Origin: Alphaproteobacteria bacterium
Lineage (GTDB): Bacteria > Pseudomonadota > Alphaproteobacteria > Reyranellales > Reyranellaceae
Length of the DNA: 64,000 bases
Assembly: GCA_016870055.1 (NCBI GenBank)
Contig: VGCQ01000001.1
Location: 6,713-70,712, forward strand
Reading direction: 5' to 3'
The notes beneath the pieces were generated by a model, which did no database searches, was not told where the DNA came from, and saw only the letters and a list, made by a program, of their open reading frames with translations. Positions 7,373-21,761 of this stretch are shown one piece after another (the stretch's first letter is position 1; each line of letters begins with the position of its first letter). Position numbers and translations under genes: made by a program.

Positions 7373-9334
7373 TCAGCTCGCCTTCCTGAGCGGCGCGACC
7401 GGCGCCAGGTCGCGGATCGCGACCTCGCCTTCGATCGAGCCCTTGCGGCCGTCCTCGAAGGTGACATCGACCTTGATGTGGCCGCGGCTGGAACCGCCGT
7501 AGAGCGCGTCGACCAGCGGCTGGTAGCGTTCGCCGATGAAGCCGCGGCGCACCTTGTTGGTGCGCGTGAGCTCGCCGTCGTCGGCGTCGAGCGCCTTGTG
7601 CAGGATCAGGAAGCGGCGGATCTGGGCGCCCGCCATGCGCGGATCGGCGGCGAGGTCGCGATTGACCTGCTCGATCTCGCCCTGGATCAGGTCGTAGACC
7701 TCGGGCCGCGCCGCCAGCTCCTGGTAGCTCGCATAGGCGATGTTGCGGCGTTCGGCCCAGTCGCCGACCGCGGTCATGTCGATGTTGACGAAGGCCGCGA
7801 CGAAGTCGCGGCCGTGGCCGAACGCCACCGCCTCGTTGATGTGCGGGAAGAATTTCAGCTTGTTCTCGACGTATTTCGGGGCAAACAGCGTGCCGTCGTT
7901 CAGCTTCCCGACATCCTTGGCACGATCGATGATGCGCAGATGCCCACGCTCGTCGAGAAAGCCCGCGTCGCCGGTATGGACCCAGCCGTCGGTGGTCTTG
8001 GTGTCGTTGGTTGCCTGCGGATTCTTGAAATACTCCTTGAACACGCCGGGACTGCGGTAGAGCACCTCGCCCGACTCGGCGATCTTGAGCTCGACCTTGG
8101 CTACCGGCTTGCCGACGGTGTCGGGATAGACCTCGCCGTTGGGATGGATGGTGACGAACACCGAGGCCTCGGTCTGGCCGTAGAGCTGCTTCATGTTGAC
8201 GCCGAGAGCGCGGTAGAAATTGAAGATTTCCGGTCCGACCGCCTCGCCTGCCGTGTAGGCGACGCGCACGCGGCTCATGCCCAGCGCATTCTTGAGCGGC
8301 CCGTAGACCAGGAGATTGCCCAACCCATAGAACAACCGGTCGAGCAGCGACACCGGCTTGCCGTCGAGCAGCGCCGGGCCGACGCCGCGGGCGAGCGTCA
8401 TGAAAGTGCGGAATAGGCGGCGCTTGATCGCGCTGGCATCCTCCATGCGGATGGTGACCTGGGTGATCAGGTTCTCCAGCACGCGCGGCGGCGCGAAGTA
8501 GTAGGTCGGACCGATCTCGCGCAGATCGGTCATCACCGTGGCGGCCGATTCCGGGCAGTTCACCACCAGGCCGACGACGAAGCCCTGGGCATAGGAGAAG
8601 ATGTGGTCGCCCACCCAGGCCATCGGCAGGTAGGACAGGAGCTCGTCGCCCTCCTTCAGCCCGTCGAATGAGGCGCCGGCCTCGGCCGCCCAGACGAGGT
8701 TGTCGTAGCTCAGCACCGCGCCCTTGGGCCGTCCCGTCGTGCCGGACGTGTAGAGCATGATGGCATCGTCGGCACCGCGTCCCCGGGCAACCTCCTTTGC
8801 CACCAGATCGGGTTGGCGTTTCAGCCGCTCGGCGCCGTTTCGCCGCAGGTCGTGGATCGACAGCAGGCCGTCGTAGTGACGCATGCCGCGCGGATCGCAA
8901 AACACGATGCGTTCCAAACCCGGCACGCGCTTCTGGATTTCGAGCAGCTTGTCGACCTGCTCCTGGTTCTCGGCGACGGCAAAGCGCGCGCCGGCATGCT
9001 CGACGACGTAGGCGAGCTCCTCGGTCACCGAATCCTGGTAGACCGGCACCGGCACGCCGCCCAGCGATTGCGCCGCGCATATCGACCAGTAGAGGATCGG
9101 CCGGTTGTCGCCGACCACGATCAGCCGATCGCCACGGCGGAAGCCGAGATCGGCGAGACCCGCCGCCAGCTCGCGCACGACACTTTCGACGGTGCGCCAG
9201 CTATGGCCCTGCCAGATGCCGTATTCCTTCTCCCGATAGGCCGGCCGGTCGGGGCTGGTGCGGGCGCGCAGCGCCAACAGCTTGGGAAAGGTGTCCCGAG
9301 CGTCAGTTGCGGTAGCGGCCGTCCCCGTCGTCAT
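7373..9334 (-). CDS. Long-chain acyl-CoA synthetase (AMP-binding)
   Basis: YTSGTTGRPKG, QLYGQTE, GWVHTGDAG and IIDRAKDV motifs. Confidence 0.92.
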   Translation of the reverse strand: MTTGTAATATDARDTFPKLLALRARTSPDRPAYREKEYGIWQGHSWRTVESVVRELAAGLADLGFRRGDRLIVVGDNRPILYWSICAAQSLGGVPVPVYQDSVTEELAYVVEHAGARFAVAENQEQVDKLLEIQKRVPGLERIVFCDPRGMRHYDGLLSIHDLRRNGAERLKRQPDLVAKEVARGRGADDAIMLYTSGTTGRPKGAVLSYDNLVWAAEAGASFDGLKEGDELLSYLPMAWVGDHIFSYAQGFVVGLVVNCPESAATVMTDLREIGPTYYFAPPRVLENLITQVTIRMEDASAIKRRLFRTFMTLARGVGPALLDGKPVSLLDRLFYGLGNLLVYGPLKNALGMSRVRVAYTAGEAVGPEIFNFYRALGVNMKQLYGQTEASVFVTIHPNGEVYPDTVGKPVAKVELKIAESGEVLYRSPGVFKEYFKNPQATNDTKTTDGWVHTGDAGFLDERGHLRIIDRAKDVGKLNDGTLFAPKYVENKLKFFPHINEAVAFGHGRDFVAAFVNIDMTAVGDWAERRNIAYASYQELAARPEVYDLIQGEIEQVNRDLAADPRMAGAQIRRFLILHKALDADDGELTRTNKVRRGFIGERYQPLVDALYGGSSRGHIKVDVTFEDGRKGSIEGEVAIRDLAPVAPLRKAS

Positions 9335-9412
9335 CCCTGCTTCCCGTGCTCCGGGATCGCCGTTCGTGGTTGCCTGAAGGCGCGGCGATTTCCCCCGGCC
9401 ACATAGCCACAG

Positions 9413-10786
9413 TCAATTTGCGGCGGTCAAGGCGGGCGCCGGTCGCAGGCGCAGGACGAAGGCGGCGCCGCCGGTCGGCCGATTGTCGACCGTGATACTG
9501 CCGTCATGCGTTTCCGCCACCCGGGCGACGATGGCCAACCCGAGGCCCCGGCCGTCGCTTTGCGTGCGGTCGCGGCGCCAGAACCGGCGGAAGATCGAGG
9601 CGCGCTCGGCCTCGGGCACGCCTGGTCCGTCGTCGAGCACGCGCACGACGCCGTCCTCGGACACCTCGACTTCGATCGAGCCGCCAGTGGGGGCATGGCG
9701 GATGGCGTTCTCGACCAGGTTTCGCACGGCACGAAACAGCGCCTCGGTATGACCGCGCACCCAGACCGGCGCCTCGCTGCCGCCGAGGGCGATCGTCTTC
9801 GACTGGGCGACCGCCAACGGCGCCATGAAGGCAACGGCTTCGGCGCAGATCGCCAGCAAGTCGGCCCGTGCGTCGGCCGCAACGAAGAAGCTTTCGAGCT
9901 CGGCGATGTCCAGCACCTGATTGACGATGTGAGTCATGTTCTCGAGGTCGGAACGCAAGGCATCGCGCAACGACCCGGGCTCGAGCGAATCGATGCGGGC
10001 GCGGATGATGGTGAGCGGCGTGCGCAGCTCGTGCGCCATGTCGGCGGTGAAGTCGCGCTGGGCACGGAAACCGGCTTCGAGTCGGTCGAGCGCCTGGTTG
10101 ACGGCATGCACCAGGGGCGCGATCTCGGTCGGCATGTTGGCCTCCGGCAGGCGCACCTGGGGGCTGGCCGGGCCGATCGCGGCGGCGGTGGTCGACGCCT
10201 CTCGCACCGGGTCGAGTGCGCGGCGAAAGATCAGGATGTCGATCAGGAGCAGGATCAACAGGATCGGGAAGGTGATCCAGGCGACGCGCGGGAAGAACGA
10301 GCTCACGATGTCGTCGATGATGACATCGCTGTGCGACAGGTCCTGGGCAATTTGAACCCGGTAGAGATGTTGCCCGACCGCGCGTGCGACGTTCACGCCG
10401 AACAGCACCGAGCCGGTGCTGCGCCGTCTCTTCACCCAGTCGCCACTGCCGGCCTCCTTTGGCGTGAACAATGCCGCGCCGTCGCTGCGCGACGAGAACA
10501 GGACTCGACCCGTGGCGTCGAGCACGGCGTAGGCGTAGAGCCCGGAACCGCCCGAGTAGAGCGGCAGCAACTCGGCCGGGATGTCGAGGGCGACACGGCC
10601 GTCGGGCTGCGGGCGCAGGAAGCCGGCGATGGTCGACGCCTGGCCGAGCAGGGCGTCGCGATGCAGGCTGTTGGCCGCCTGGTTGATCAGCCAGTAGAGC
10701 GCCAAGGGCATCAGGATCGAGGTGAGCCCGACCGCCGCGACGTGCAGCGCCACGACGCGAGAGGTGATGGAGCGAAAGCGCGTCAC
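9413..10786 (-). CDS. Sensor histidine kinase (QseC/TctE-like architecture with HAMP domain)
   Basis: Two TM segments, H-box AHELRTPL, N-box VENAIRH, DDGPG and GLGLAIV. Overlaps the response regulator by 4 nt. Confidence 0.92.
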   Translation of the reverse strand: MTRFRSITSRVVALHVAAVGLTSILMPLALYWLINQAANSLHRDALLGQASTIAGFLRPQPDGRVALDIPAELLPLYSGGSGLYAYAVLDATGRVLFSSRSDGAALFTPKEAGSGDWVKRRRSTGSVLFGVNVARAVGQHLYRVQIAQDLSHSDVIIDDIVSSFFPRVAWITFPILLILLLIDILIFRRALDPVREASTTAAAIGPASPQVRLPEANMPTEIAPLVHAVNQALDRLEAGFRAQRDFTADMAHELRTPLTIIRARIDSLEPGSLRDALRSDLENMTHIVNQVLDIAELESFFVAADARADLLAICAEAVAFMAPLAVAQSKTIALGGSEAPVWVRGHTEALFRAVRNLVENAIRHAPTGGSIEVEVSEDGVVRVLDDGPGVPEAERASIFRRFWRRDRTQSDGRGLGLAIVARVAETHDGSITVDNRPTGGAAFVLRLRPAPALTAAN

Positions 10787-11463
10787 CCGCCTTTGTCCTC
10801 GGCCATCAGGTAGCCGACGCCGCGCACCGTGTGGATCTTCACGTTGGCCCCGGCATCGGCCAGCAATCGACGCAGGCGATGGACATAGACTTCGACCGCG
10901 TTGGAGCCGACTTTGCCGGACAGACCGAACAAGTGGTCTTCGAAAAGGCGCTTGGGCGCCACGTTGCCGCCGCGGCGCAGCAGGATCTCGAGTACCGCCG
11001 TCTCACGCGCCGGGAAGGTGCGCACCGTATCGTCGATGATCACCTGGCGGCCTTCGGTGTCGAGTGCCACGTTGCCGAACGTCAGTCGTCGGCCGAGCAT
11101 ATTGTCGGAACGGCGCAGCAGGGCATGCAGGCGCGCCACCAACTCCTCCATGGCGAACGGCTTGGCCATGTAGTCGTCGGCGCCGTCACGCAAGCTGGTG
11201 ACGCGGTCACTGACACCGTCGCGTGCGGTCAGGACGAGCACTGGCGTGCGATCGCCGCGGCGGCGCATGTCGCGCAGCAGACTGAGTCCGTCATCGTCGG
11301 GCAGCCCACAATCGAGCACTACAACGGCATAGCGCATGGTGGCGAGCGCGTGGGCAGCGTCGGCCGCCGTGTTGACGGTGTCGGCGTCGAAGCCGCCCGC
11401 CGCCAGCCCTCTCTTCAGCAGGGCGAGAAGCTCGTTGCTGTCCTCGACGAGAAGGACCCTCAT
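10783..11463 (-). CDS. OmpR-family response regulator
   Basis: MRVLLVED, VLDCGLP (phospho-acceptor Asp), GADDYMAKPF and TVRGVGY. Start at 11463 rather than the ORF-track 11673. Confidence 0.93.
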   Translation of the reverse strand: MRVLLVEDSNELLALLKRGLAAGGFDADTVNTAADAAHALATMRYAVVVLDCGLPDDDGLSLLRDMRRRGDRTPVLVLTARDGVSDRVTSLRDGADDYMAKPFAMEELVARLHALLRRSDNMLGRRLTFGNVALDTEGRQVIIDDTVRTFPARETAVLEILLRRGGNVAPKRLFEDHLFGLSGKVGSNAVEVYVHRLRRLLADAGANVKIHTVRGVGYLMAEDKGG

Positions 11464-11565
11464 GAACGCTGGTCTTCCAACGGCATCGGTTGATCTCGAC
11501 GATATTCTAGCACGGCTCGCTGCCGGCTTCTCACGTCGCCGCCATCCGGCTACACCTGCATTGCA

Positions 11566-12360
11566 ATGGCTTCCGACGAACTGATCGACCTCGGCGACCG
11601 CCGCCTGCGCTTGCGACGACTGGTCCCCCGGCAGGACGACGGATTGCAGCGCACGACCCTGGTTTTCCTGCACGAGGGCCTGGGCTGCATCGAGATGTGG
11701 CGCGACTTCCCGCAGAAGCTATGCGACGCCACGCGCTGCTCCGGCATCGTCTATGACCGCACGGGCTATGGCCGTTCGACCGCCTGGCCGCACGATCCGG
11801 GCGTGCGCTACATGGAACTCGAGGCCGACGAGGTGTTGCCGCGCCTGCTCACGGCACTTGCGGTCGAGGACTGCGTGCTCGTCGGCCATAGCGACGGCGG
11901 CACGATCGCCCTGAACTACGCCGCCTTCGATCCCGAGCCGCTGCGGGCGGTCGTGACCTTGGCCGCCCACGCCATCAACGAGTCGGTGTGCACGGCGAGC
12001 ATCGCCAAGGCCCGAGAGCAGTTTGCGGCCGGAGACCTGCGGCAGCGTCTTGCAAAGTATCACGGCAGCAACGTCGACGGCGCCTTCCGGCTGTGGTCGC
12101 AGGCCTGGCTGGCGCCGGGCTTCGAACCGATGGATGCCGACCGCCGCCTACCCCGTGTCATGGTGCCGGTGCAGGCCATTCAGGGCGAGGACGACGAGTA
12201 CGGCAGCGAACTGCAGCTCGGCATCATCGCCGGCAAGGTCGCCGGCTACTGCGAGACGCGGCTGATCCCCGACTGCGGCCACAGCCCGCACCTGCAGCAA
12301 CCGATTTACGTCCTGGCCGAGATCACCCGCTTCATCGCCCCGTTGGCGCTGGCCGGCTGA
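11566..12360 (+). CDS. Alpha/beta hydrolase
   Basis: FLHEGLG, GHSDGG nucleophile elbow, GEDDEYG, CGHSPH. Confidence 0.88.
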   Translation: MASDELIDLGDRRLRLRRLVPRQDDGLQRTTLVFLHEGLGCIEMWRDFPQKLCDATRCSGIVYDRTGYGRSTAWPHDPGVRYMELEADEVLPRLLTALAVEDCVLVGHSDGGTIALNYAAFDPEPLRAVVTLAAHAINESVCTASIAKAREQFAAGDLRQRLAKYHGSNVDGAFRLWSQAWLAPGFEPMDADRRLPRVMVPVQAIQGEDDEYGSELQLGIIAGKVAGYCETRLIPDCGHSPHLQQPIYVLAEITRFIAPLALAG

Positions 12361-12432
12361 AGCGGGGCCCGACGATTGACCGGGCGGAACGGCACGCCGA
12401 AGATCGCTTCGCCGACAATCCAGGAGTGACCA

Positions 12433-13413
12433 ATGCCGACCACGTCCGCACTCTCGCGTCGCCTCATCATGTTGTCGCTGCCGGATTTGGCGCCGCTCGT
12501 CGCACGCGCCCAGACGCCTTATCCGACGCGGCCGATCAGCCTCGTCGTGCCCTGGGCGCCGGGCGGCACCACGGACATCCTGGCCCGCATCCTGAGCGAG
12601 CCGCTGCGCGCCGCCCTCGGCCAACCGGTGGTGATCGAGAACAAGACCGGCGCCTCGGGCAACACCGGCTCGGCCATCGTCGCCCGCGCGACGCCGGACG
12701 GCTACACGCTGCTGTTCGGCGTCATGACGACCCACACCGCGAACGAGGCTCTGTTCGCCAATCCGCCGTTCCGCGGCATCGAAGATTTCACGGCGATCGC
12801 GCTTCTGGCGTTCGTCCTCAACACCATGGTGGTGCATCCTTCGGTGCCGGCGAACAACGTCAAGGAGTTCATCGACTACGCCCGCGCCAATCCGGGCAAG
12901 GTCAACTACGCGTCGGCCGGCGCCGGCTCGCACAACCAACTGTGCGGCGCGCTGATGGAACGCATGGCCGGCATCAAGATGGTCCACGTGCCTTATCGCG
13001 GCGGAGCGCCGGCGGTGGCCGACACGGTGGCCGGCAACACGCAGCTCCTGTTCAGCGCCGGCACCCAGACGCTCGACCACGTGCGCGGCGGCCGCTTGAA
13101 GCTGCTAGCCGTTACCGAGGCCCGGCGCTCGCGCCTGCTACCCGACGTGCCGACGGTCGCCGAGACGCTGCCCGGCTACCAGATGACGGTGTGGTACGGT
13201 GCGTTCGGCCCGGCTGGCCTGCCAACCGAGCTCACCAGACGGCTGAATGGCGAGATCAACCGCGCGCTGAAGCTGCCGGAGATCGAGCAGCGGCTGGCCG
13301 CGATGGGCGTGGAGGTCGTCAACGAGACGCCCGACAGCATGTCGGCGCTGCTGGCCGTCGAGCGAAATCAGCTCACCAAGCTGATCAAGGACATGGGTAT
13401 CACCGCGCAGTGA
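12433..13413 (+). CDS. Bug/TctC tripartite tricarboxylate transporter substrate-binding protein
   Basis: RPISLVVPWAPGGTTD, VIENKTGASG, PDGYTLL, HVPYRGGAPA. Confidence 0.92.
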   Translation: MPTTSALSRRLIMLSLPDLAPLVARAQTPYPTRPISLVVPWAPGGTTDILARILSEPLRAALGQPVVIENKTGASGNTGSAIVARATPDGYTLLFGVMTTHTANEALFANPPFRGIEDFTAIALLAFVLNTMVVHPSVPANNVKEFIDYARANPGKVNYASAGAGSHNQLCGALMERMAGIKMVHVPYRGGAPAVADTVAGNTQLLFSAGTQTLDHVRGGRLKLLAVTEARRSRLLPDVPTVAETLPGYQMTVWYGAFGPAGLPTELTRRLNGEINRALKLPEIEQRLAAMGVEVVNETPDSMSALLAVERNQLTKLIKDMGITAQ

Positions 13414-13491
13414 TCAGAGTGCGCATAGGCTGTCATACCTCGCTGAGCACAGCGCGGAGAGGTGACCTCGACGGTCGTCATTCGCCGGCCG

Positions 13492-14490
13492 TCAAAGGCG
13501 TTTCAGCTCGCTCGACGCCGCCCAGTTGACTTCCGAGATGGTCGGGCAGCGCGCCTGCGCGAGCTGCAGTTGCTCGCGTGCGCGCTGCTTGTCGCCGCGA
13601 CGCTGCGCGTCCACAGCAATGAAGAACGCCGATGGGCACCTGCCGTTGGCGCGTTTGGCCGCCTCGTCGGTCTCGGCGATCACCTCGAGCTCGCCGGCCG
13701 GCAAGCGGCCGAGCAGGAAGCGGGCGATCTGACCCGGCCACTCGGCGAACGCCTCCTCGCCGACATCGCGGGCGAGAGGAGCCCGGGCGTCGCGCCGGGC
13801 GCGGACCTGGGCAGCGTAGCGCCATAGCGCCGGCGCGAGGCGCGCCGCGGCCGTCGGGCGGCCGGCCAGGGTGGCGTCGAAATCGTCGGCGGCCGGACCG
13901 TATTGGCCGAGATTGAAATGGGCATGGCCACGATAGAACAAGGCGGCGCGCCGGTCGGCCGCCGAGCTCGAGCCGGCCAAGGCTTCGTCGAGCAAGACGA
14001 GCGCCCGGCCAAAGTCGGCCAGCTGCATGTGGACCTGCGCCTGGGCGATCATCAGCCAGGAATCGCCCGGCTTCTGCAACAGCGCGCTATCCAGCGTGCG
14101 CAGCGCCGCCGCGCGGTCGCCGCCGCCGGCCAGCTCGGGCACGGTACGTGACAACACGCGCTGCCACTCGCCCGGCAGCACCTTGCCCATCTCGGCAATG
14201 TCCTTGCGACTGTCGTCCTGGCGGCCGAGCCGGCTCAACTGGTAGGCGCGAATGCTGAGATAGATCGAGCGGTCGAACGCCGACAGCTTGGGGCTGGCGA
14301 GGATCTTGTCGAGGTTGTCGAGCGTTGCGCTGCGCTGGTCGGCCGGCAGCCCGGGCTCACTCGGCGGACGGCTGAAATCGCGCGCCGAGGGGTCCCACGA
14401 TTCGACCGCATTGCGCTGCGCCACGGCCGGTGCGGCCACCGTGACGAACGCGGCAAAAGCCGCAAAAATCCAGGCGATTCCCGGCCGCAT
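13492..14490 (-). CDS. Exported TPR-repeat protein with NlpI-like C-terminus
   Basis: Signal-like N-terminus and several TPR-like helices ([20 protein letters not shown]). [11 protein letters not shown]...C.SAFF resembles the NlpI C-terminus. Start uncertain. Confidence 0.6.
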   Translation of the reverse strand: MRPGIAWIFAAFAAFVTVAAPAVAQRNAVESWDPSARDFSRPPSEPGLPADQRSATLDNLDKILASPKLSAFDRSIYLSIRAYQLSRLGRQDDSRKDIAEMGKVLPGEWQRVLSRTVPELAGGGDRAAALRTLDSALLQKPGDSWLMIAQAQVHMQLADFGRALVLLDEALAGSSSAADRRAALFYRGHAHFNLGQYGPAADDFDATLAGRPTAAARLAPALWRYAAQVRARRDARAPLARDVGEEAFAEWPGQIARFLLGRLPAGELEVIAETDEAAKRANGRCPSAFFIAVDAQRRGDKQRAREQLQLAQARCPTISEVNWAASSELKRL

Positions 14491-14599
14491 GCCGGCAGTC
14501 TGGCATATCGCCCGCAGCGTCGCATCCGCCGATTGCCTGGGCCGGTTCATGCCCCTATTTTGCCCCCGCCCGCACGAACCGACCTTCAGGAGCATCGCC

Positions 14600-17287
<2,688 letters not shown>

Positions 17288-17297
17288 CGAGGGCGCC

Positions 17298-17852
17298 GTG
17301 GCGACGGGGTTGGCCGCTCACGTCGTTGCCATGGCCCACAACAATGCGTGGGCCAACCATCGGCTGCTCGGTGCCTGCAAGGGGCTGACGGCCGAGGAGT
17401 TCGCCGCGCCGCGCACCGGCTTCTTCCCGTCACTGCGCGTCACGCTGAACCACATCCTGTGGGTCGACATCTACTATATCGACGCGCTGCGGCGCGATCC
17501 GACGGTGCTGCAGCGCTACGACGACCCGCCGCCGGACTTTGCCGACGCCCACCGGCTCTACGAAGCGCAGCGTGCCAGCGACCACCGCCTGATCGACTTC
17601 TGCGAGCGCCAGAGCGAAGCCAGCCTGGCCGAGGGCCTGGTCCTGCCGCGGCCCAACCGCACGCCGCCGCCATCCAGCGTCGCTTCGATCCTGGAGCATC
17701 TCTTCCAGCATCAGGTCCATCATCGCGGCCAAGCGCACGCCATGCTGGCCGGCACGCATGTGAAGCCGCCGCAGCTCGACGAGTTCTTCCTGGCCGGCGA
17801 GGAGCATCTGCGCCGCGACGAGCTGCGCGCGCTCGGCCTGCCGGTACGGTGA
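17298..17852 (+). CDS. DinB/YfiT-family metalloprotein
   Basis: NAWANHRL, FPSLRVTLNHI and HLFQHQVHHRGQ (His triad). Confidence 0.85.
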   Translation: MATGLAAHVVAMAHNNAWANHRLLGACKGLTAEEFAAPRTGFFPSLRVTLNHILWVDIYYIDALRRDPTVLQRYDDPPPDFADAHRLYEAQRASDHRLIDFCERQSEASLAEGLVLPRPNRTPPPSSVASILEHLFQHQVHHRGQAHAMLAGTHVKPPQLDEFFLAGEEHLRRDELRALGLPVR

Positions 17853-17862
17853 GCGAACGCTG

Positions 17863-18984
17863 ATGCGGCCACGGTCGTCCTTTGCCGGCGCCGCGATCGA
17901 AGTCAGCGACCTTGCGCGGTCGGTCGCCTTCCATCGCCGCTGGCTACCGATGCTGGGCTTCCATCGCGTATGGGCCGGCCCCGACCGCGTGATGTGGTCG
18001 CGCGGCTACGATCATTTCGTCATGCGCCAAGCCAAGGACGGCATCTCCTACGGTCCGGGCGCGCTGTGGCTCGCGGTGGCGGCCGAGAGCCGCGCCCAGG
18101 TCGATCAGGTGTTCGCCGAGCTGCGCGAGGCCGGCGCGGAAATCCTGCAATCGCCCAAGGAGCTCGACTATTTCGCACCCGGCTACTACTCGGTGGCCTT
18201 TCGCGATCCCGACGGTGTGCCGATCGAGGTGGCGCATCGCTGGGACGAGTTGCCCACCTTGGCCGACGCCGACCAGGTCCAGGTGCCGGGCCACGGCGTG
18301 ACCCTGGGCGGCTACTTCTTCAAGCCACAGGCCGGCAACCCGCCCTATCCGGCGCTGATCCTGCTGCACGGCTTCGCCGGCCACGCCCACACCATGGTCG
18401 GCCTGGCGCGCACTTGTGCGGCCAACGGCTATGCCGCGCTCGCCCTGTCGCTGCGCGGCTGGCTCGGCTCGGAAGGCGAAAGCGACCAGGGCCTGCGCCA
18501 GCCGCTCGACGTGCTGGCGGCGATCGACTGGCTGGCCAGGCGGCCACTGGTCGACCGCGAGCGCATCGCCCTGGTCGGCACCTCGATGGGCGGCCAGGTG
18601 GCGCTGCTCGCCGCCGCACACAAGCCGCCGATCCGCGCCGTCGCCTCGTACTACGCGGCGGCCGACCTCGCGGCCTGGTACAAGGCCAATCCCTTCGTGC
18701 GCGACTACCTCGACGATCTGTGCGGGCCGGAGGGCCTGCCGGTGCGCTCGCCCATCCTGCGCGCGGCGCAGATCGACGCGCCGGTGCTGCTGATCCACGG
18801 CGATCGCGACGACAACGTGTCGGTCGGACAGGCGCACACCATGGCCGAGGCGCTGAAGAGCCACGGCAAGGAGGTCGAGACCGTGATCGTGCCGGGTGGC
18901 ACGCACTTTTTCACCGAGCAGCAGAATGCTATGGCGCGGCGCAAGCTGTTCGACTTCCTGCGTCGCCATCTCAACCGGAGCTGA
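17863..18984 (+). CDS. Fusion of a VOC/glyoxalase domain with an S9/dienelactone-hydrolase-like serine hydrolase
   Basis: N-terminal EVSDLARSVAF..and PGYYSVAFRDPDG.PIEV (VOC). C-terminal LHGFAG, GTSMGG, HGDRDDNV and GGTHFF (catalytic triad). No stop between the two parts. Confidence 0.8.
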   Translation: MRPRSSFAGAAIEVSDLARSVAFHRRWLPMLGFHRVWAGPDRVMWSRGYDHFVMRQAKDGISYGPGALWLAVAAESRAQVDQVFAELREAGAEILQSPKELDYFAPGYYSVAFRDPDGVPIEVAHRWDELPTLADADQVQVPGHGVTLGGYFFKPQAGNPPYPALILLHGFAGHAHTMVGLARTCAANGYAALALSLRGWLGSEGESDQGLRQPLDVLAAIDWLARRPLVDRERIALVGTSMGGQVALLAAAHKPPIRAVASYYAAADLAAWYKANPFVRDYLDDLCGPEGLPVRSPILRAAQIDAPVLLIHGDRDDNVSVGQAHTMAEALKSHGKEVETVIVPGGTHFFTEQQNAMARRKLFDFLRRHLNRS

Positions 18985-18990
18985 CCGTTC

Positions 18991-19662
18991 ATGCGTGTGT
19001 CCGAAGCCGTCAATTCCCGTCGCTCCATGCGCGTCTTCAAGCCCGGCTCGGTGGCCAAGGCCGACATCGAATGGATCATCGCCAATGCCAGCCGCGCGGC
19101 GTCGAACGGCAACCTGCAGCCCTGGCAGCTCTATGTCACGATCGGCGCGGCGCGCAAACGGCTGTCGGCGGCGATCCTGAAGGCGATGGACGACGGCGAC
19201 ACCGGGCCGGGCGCCGAATACGACGTCTATCCCAAGCAGTTCACGCCGGTCTACGACACGCGCCGCAAGCTGGTCGGCAAGCAGCTCTATACCCTGCTCG
19301 GCGTGCCGAAGGGCGATGCCGCGGGCATGCTGAAGCAGTTCCGCAAGAACTACGATTTCTTCGACGCGCCGGTCGGCATGATCCTCAGCGTCGAGCGGCG
19401 CATGGGCAGCGGCCAGTGGATCGACTGCGGCATCTTCCTCGACCAGCTGATGCTGCTCGCCCGCGAGAAGGGCCTGCACACCTGCCCGCAGGCCGCCTTC
19501 AGCCGCTTCCAGCACGTGGTGCGCCGCGAGCTGAAGATTCCCGGCGACCAGGTGGTGATCTGCGGCCTGGCGCTCGGCTACGCCGACCCCGACGAGGTGC
19601 CCAACAACCTGATCACCGAGCGCGCGCCGCTCGGCGACTTCACCACCTGGTTCGAGGCCTAG
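18991..19662 (+). CDS. Nitroreductase family protein
   Basis: RRSMRVF, RAASNGNLQPW, FFDAPV, GLHTCPQ, GLALGYAD. Confidence 0.9.
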   Translation: MRVSEAVNSRRSMRVFKPGSVAKADIEWIIANASRAASNGNLQPWQLYVTIGAARKRLSAAILKAMDDGDTGPGAEYDVYPKQFTPVYDTRRKLVGKQLYTLLGVPKGDAAGMLKQFRKNYDFFDAPVGMILSVERRMGSGQWIDCGIFLDQLMLLAREKGLHTCPQAAFSRFQHVVRRELKIPGDQVVICGLALGYADPDEVPNNLITERAPLGDFTTWFEA

Positions 19663-19813
19663 AATACAGTCCGCCCGGTGCGACAAGCATCTCCCGAGCG
19701 CGCCGATCCGACCGGATTCCGCTCCAGGCCGGGCCACCAAAGTCGAATTGCCGAAGCCTGCGGAGGCGGGCTAAAACCCGGGAAATTCGCGATATTTCCG
19801 GCGGGAGGGGACG

Positions 19814-21751
<1,938 letters not shown>

Positions 21752-21761
21752 GTTCGCGCCC

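Noticed and set aside
14288-14599. N-terminal extensions in the ORF track (acnA, response regulator, coaBC, ubiE, recQ, MFS, HHDH and others)
   Set aside because: Family homology and Shine-Dalgarno positions point to downstream starts. The extensions overlap neighbouring genes and are artefacts of longest-ORF calling.
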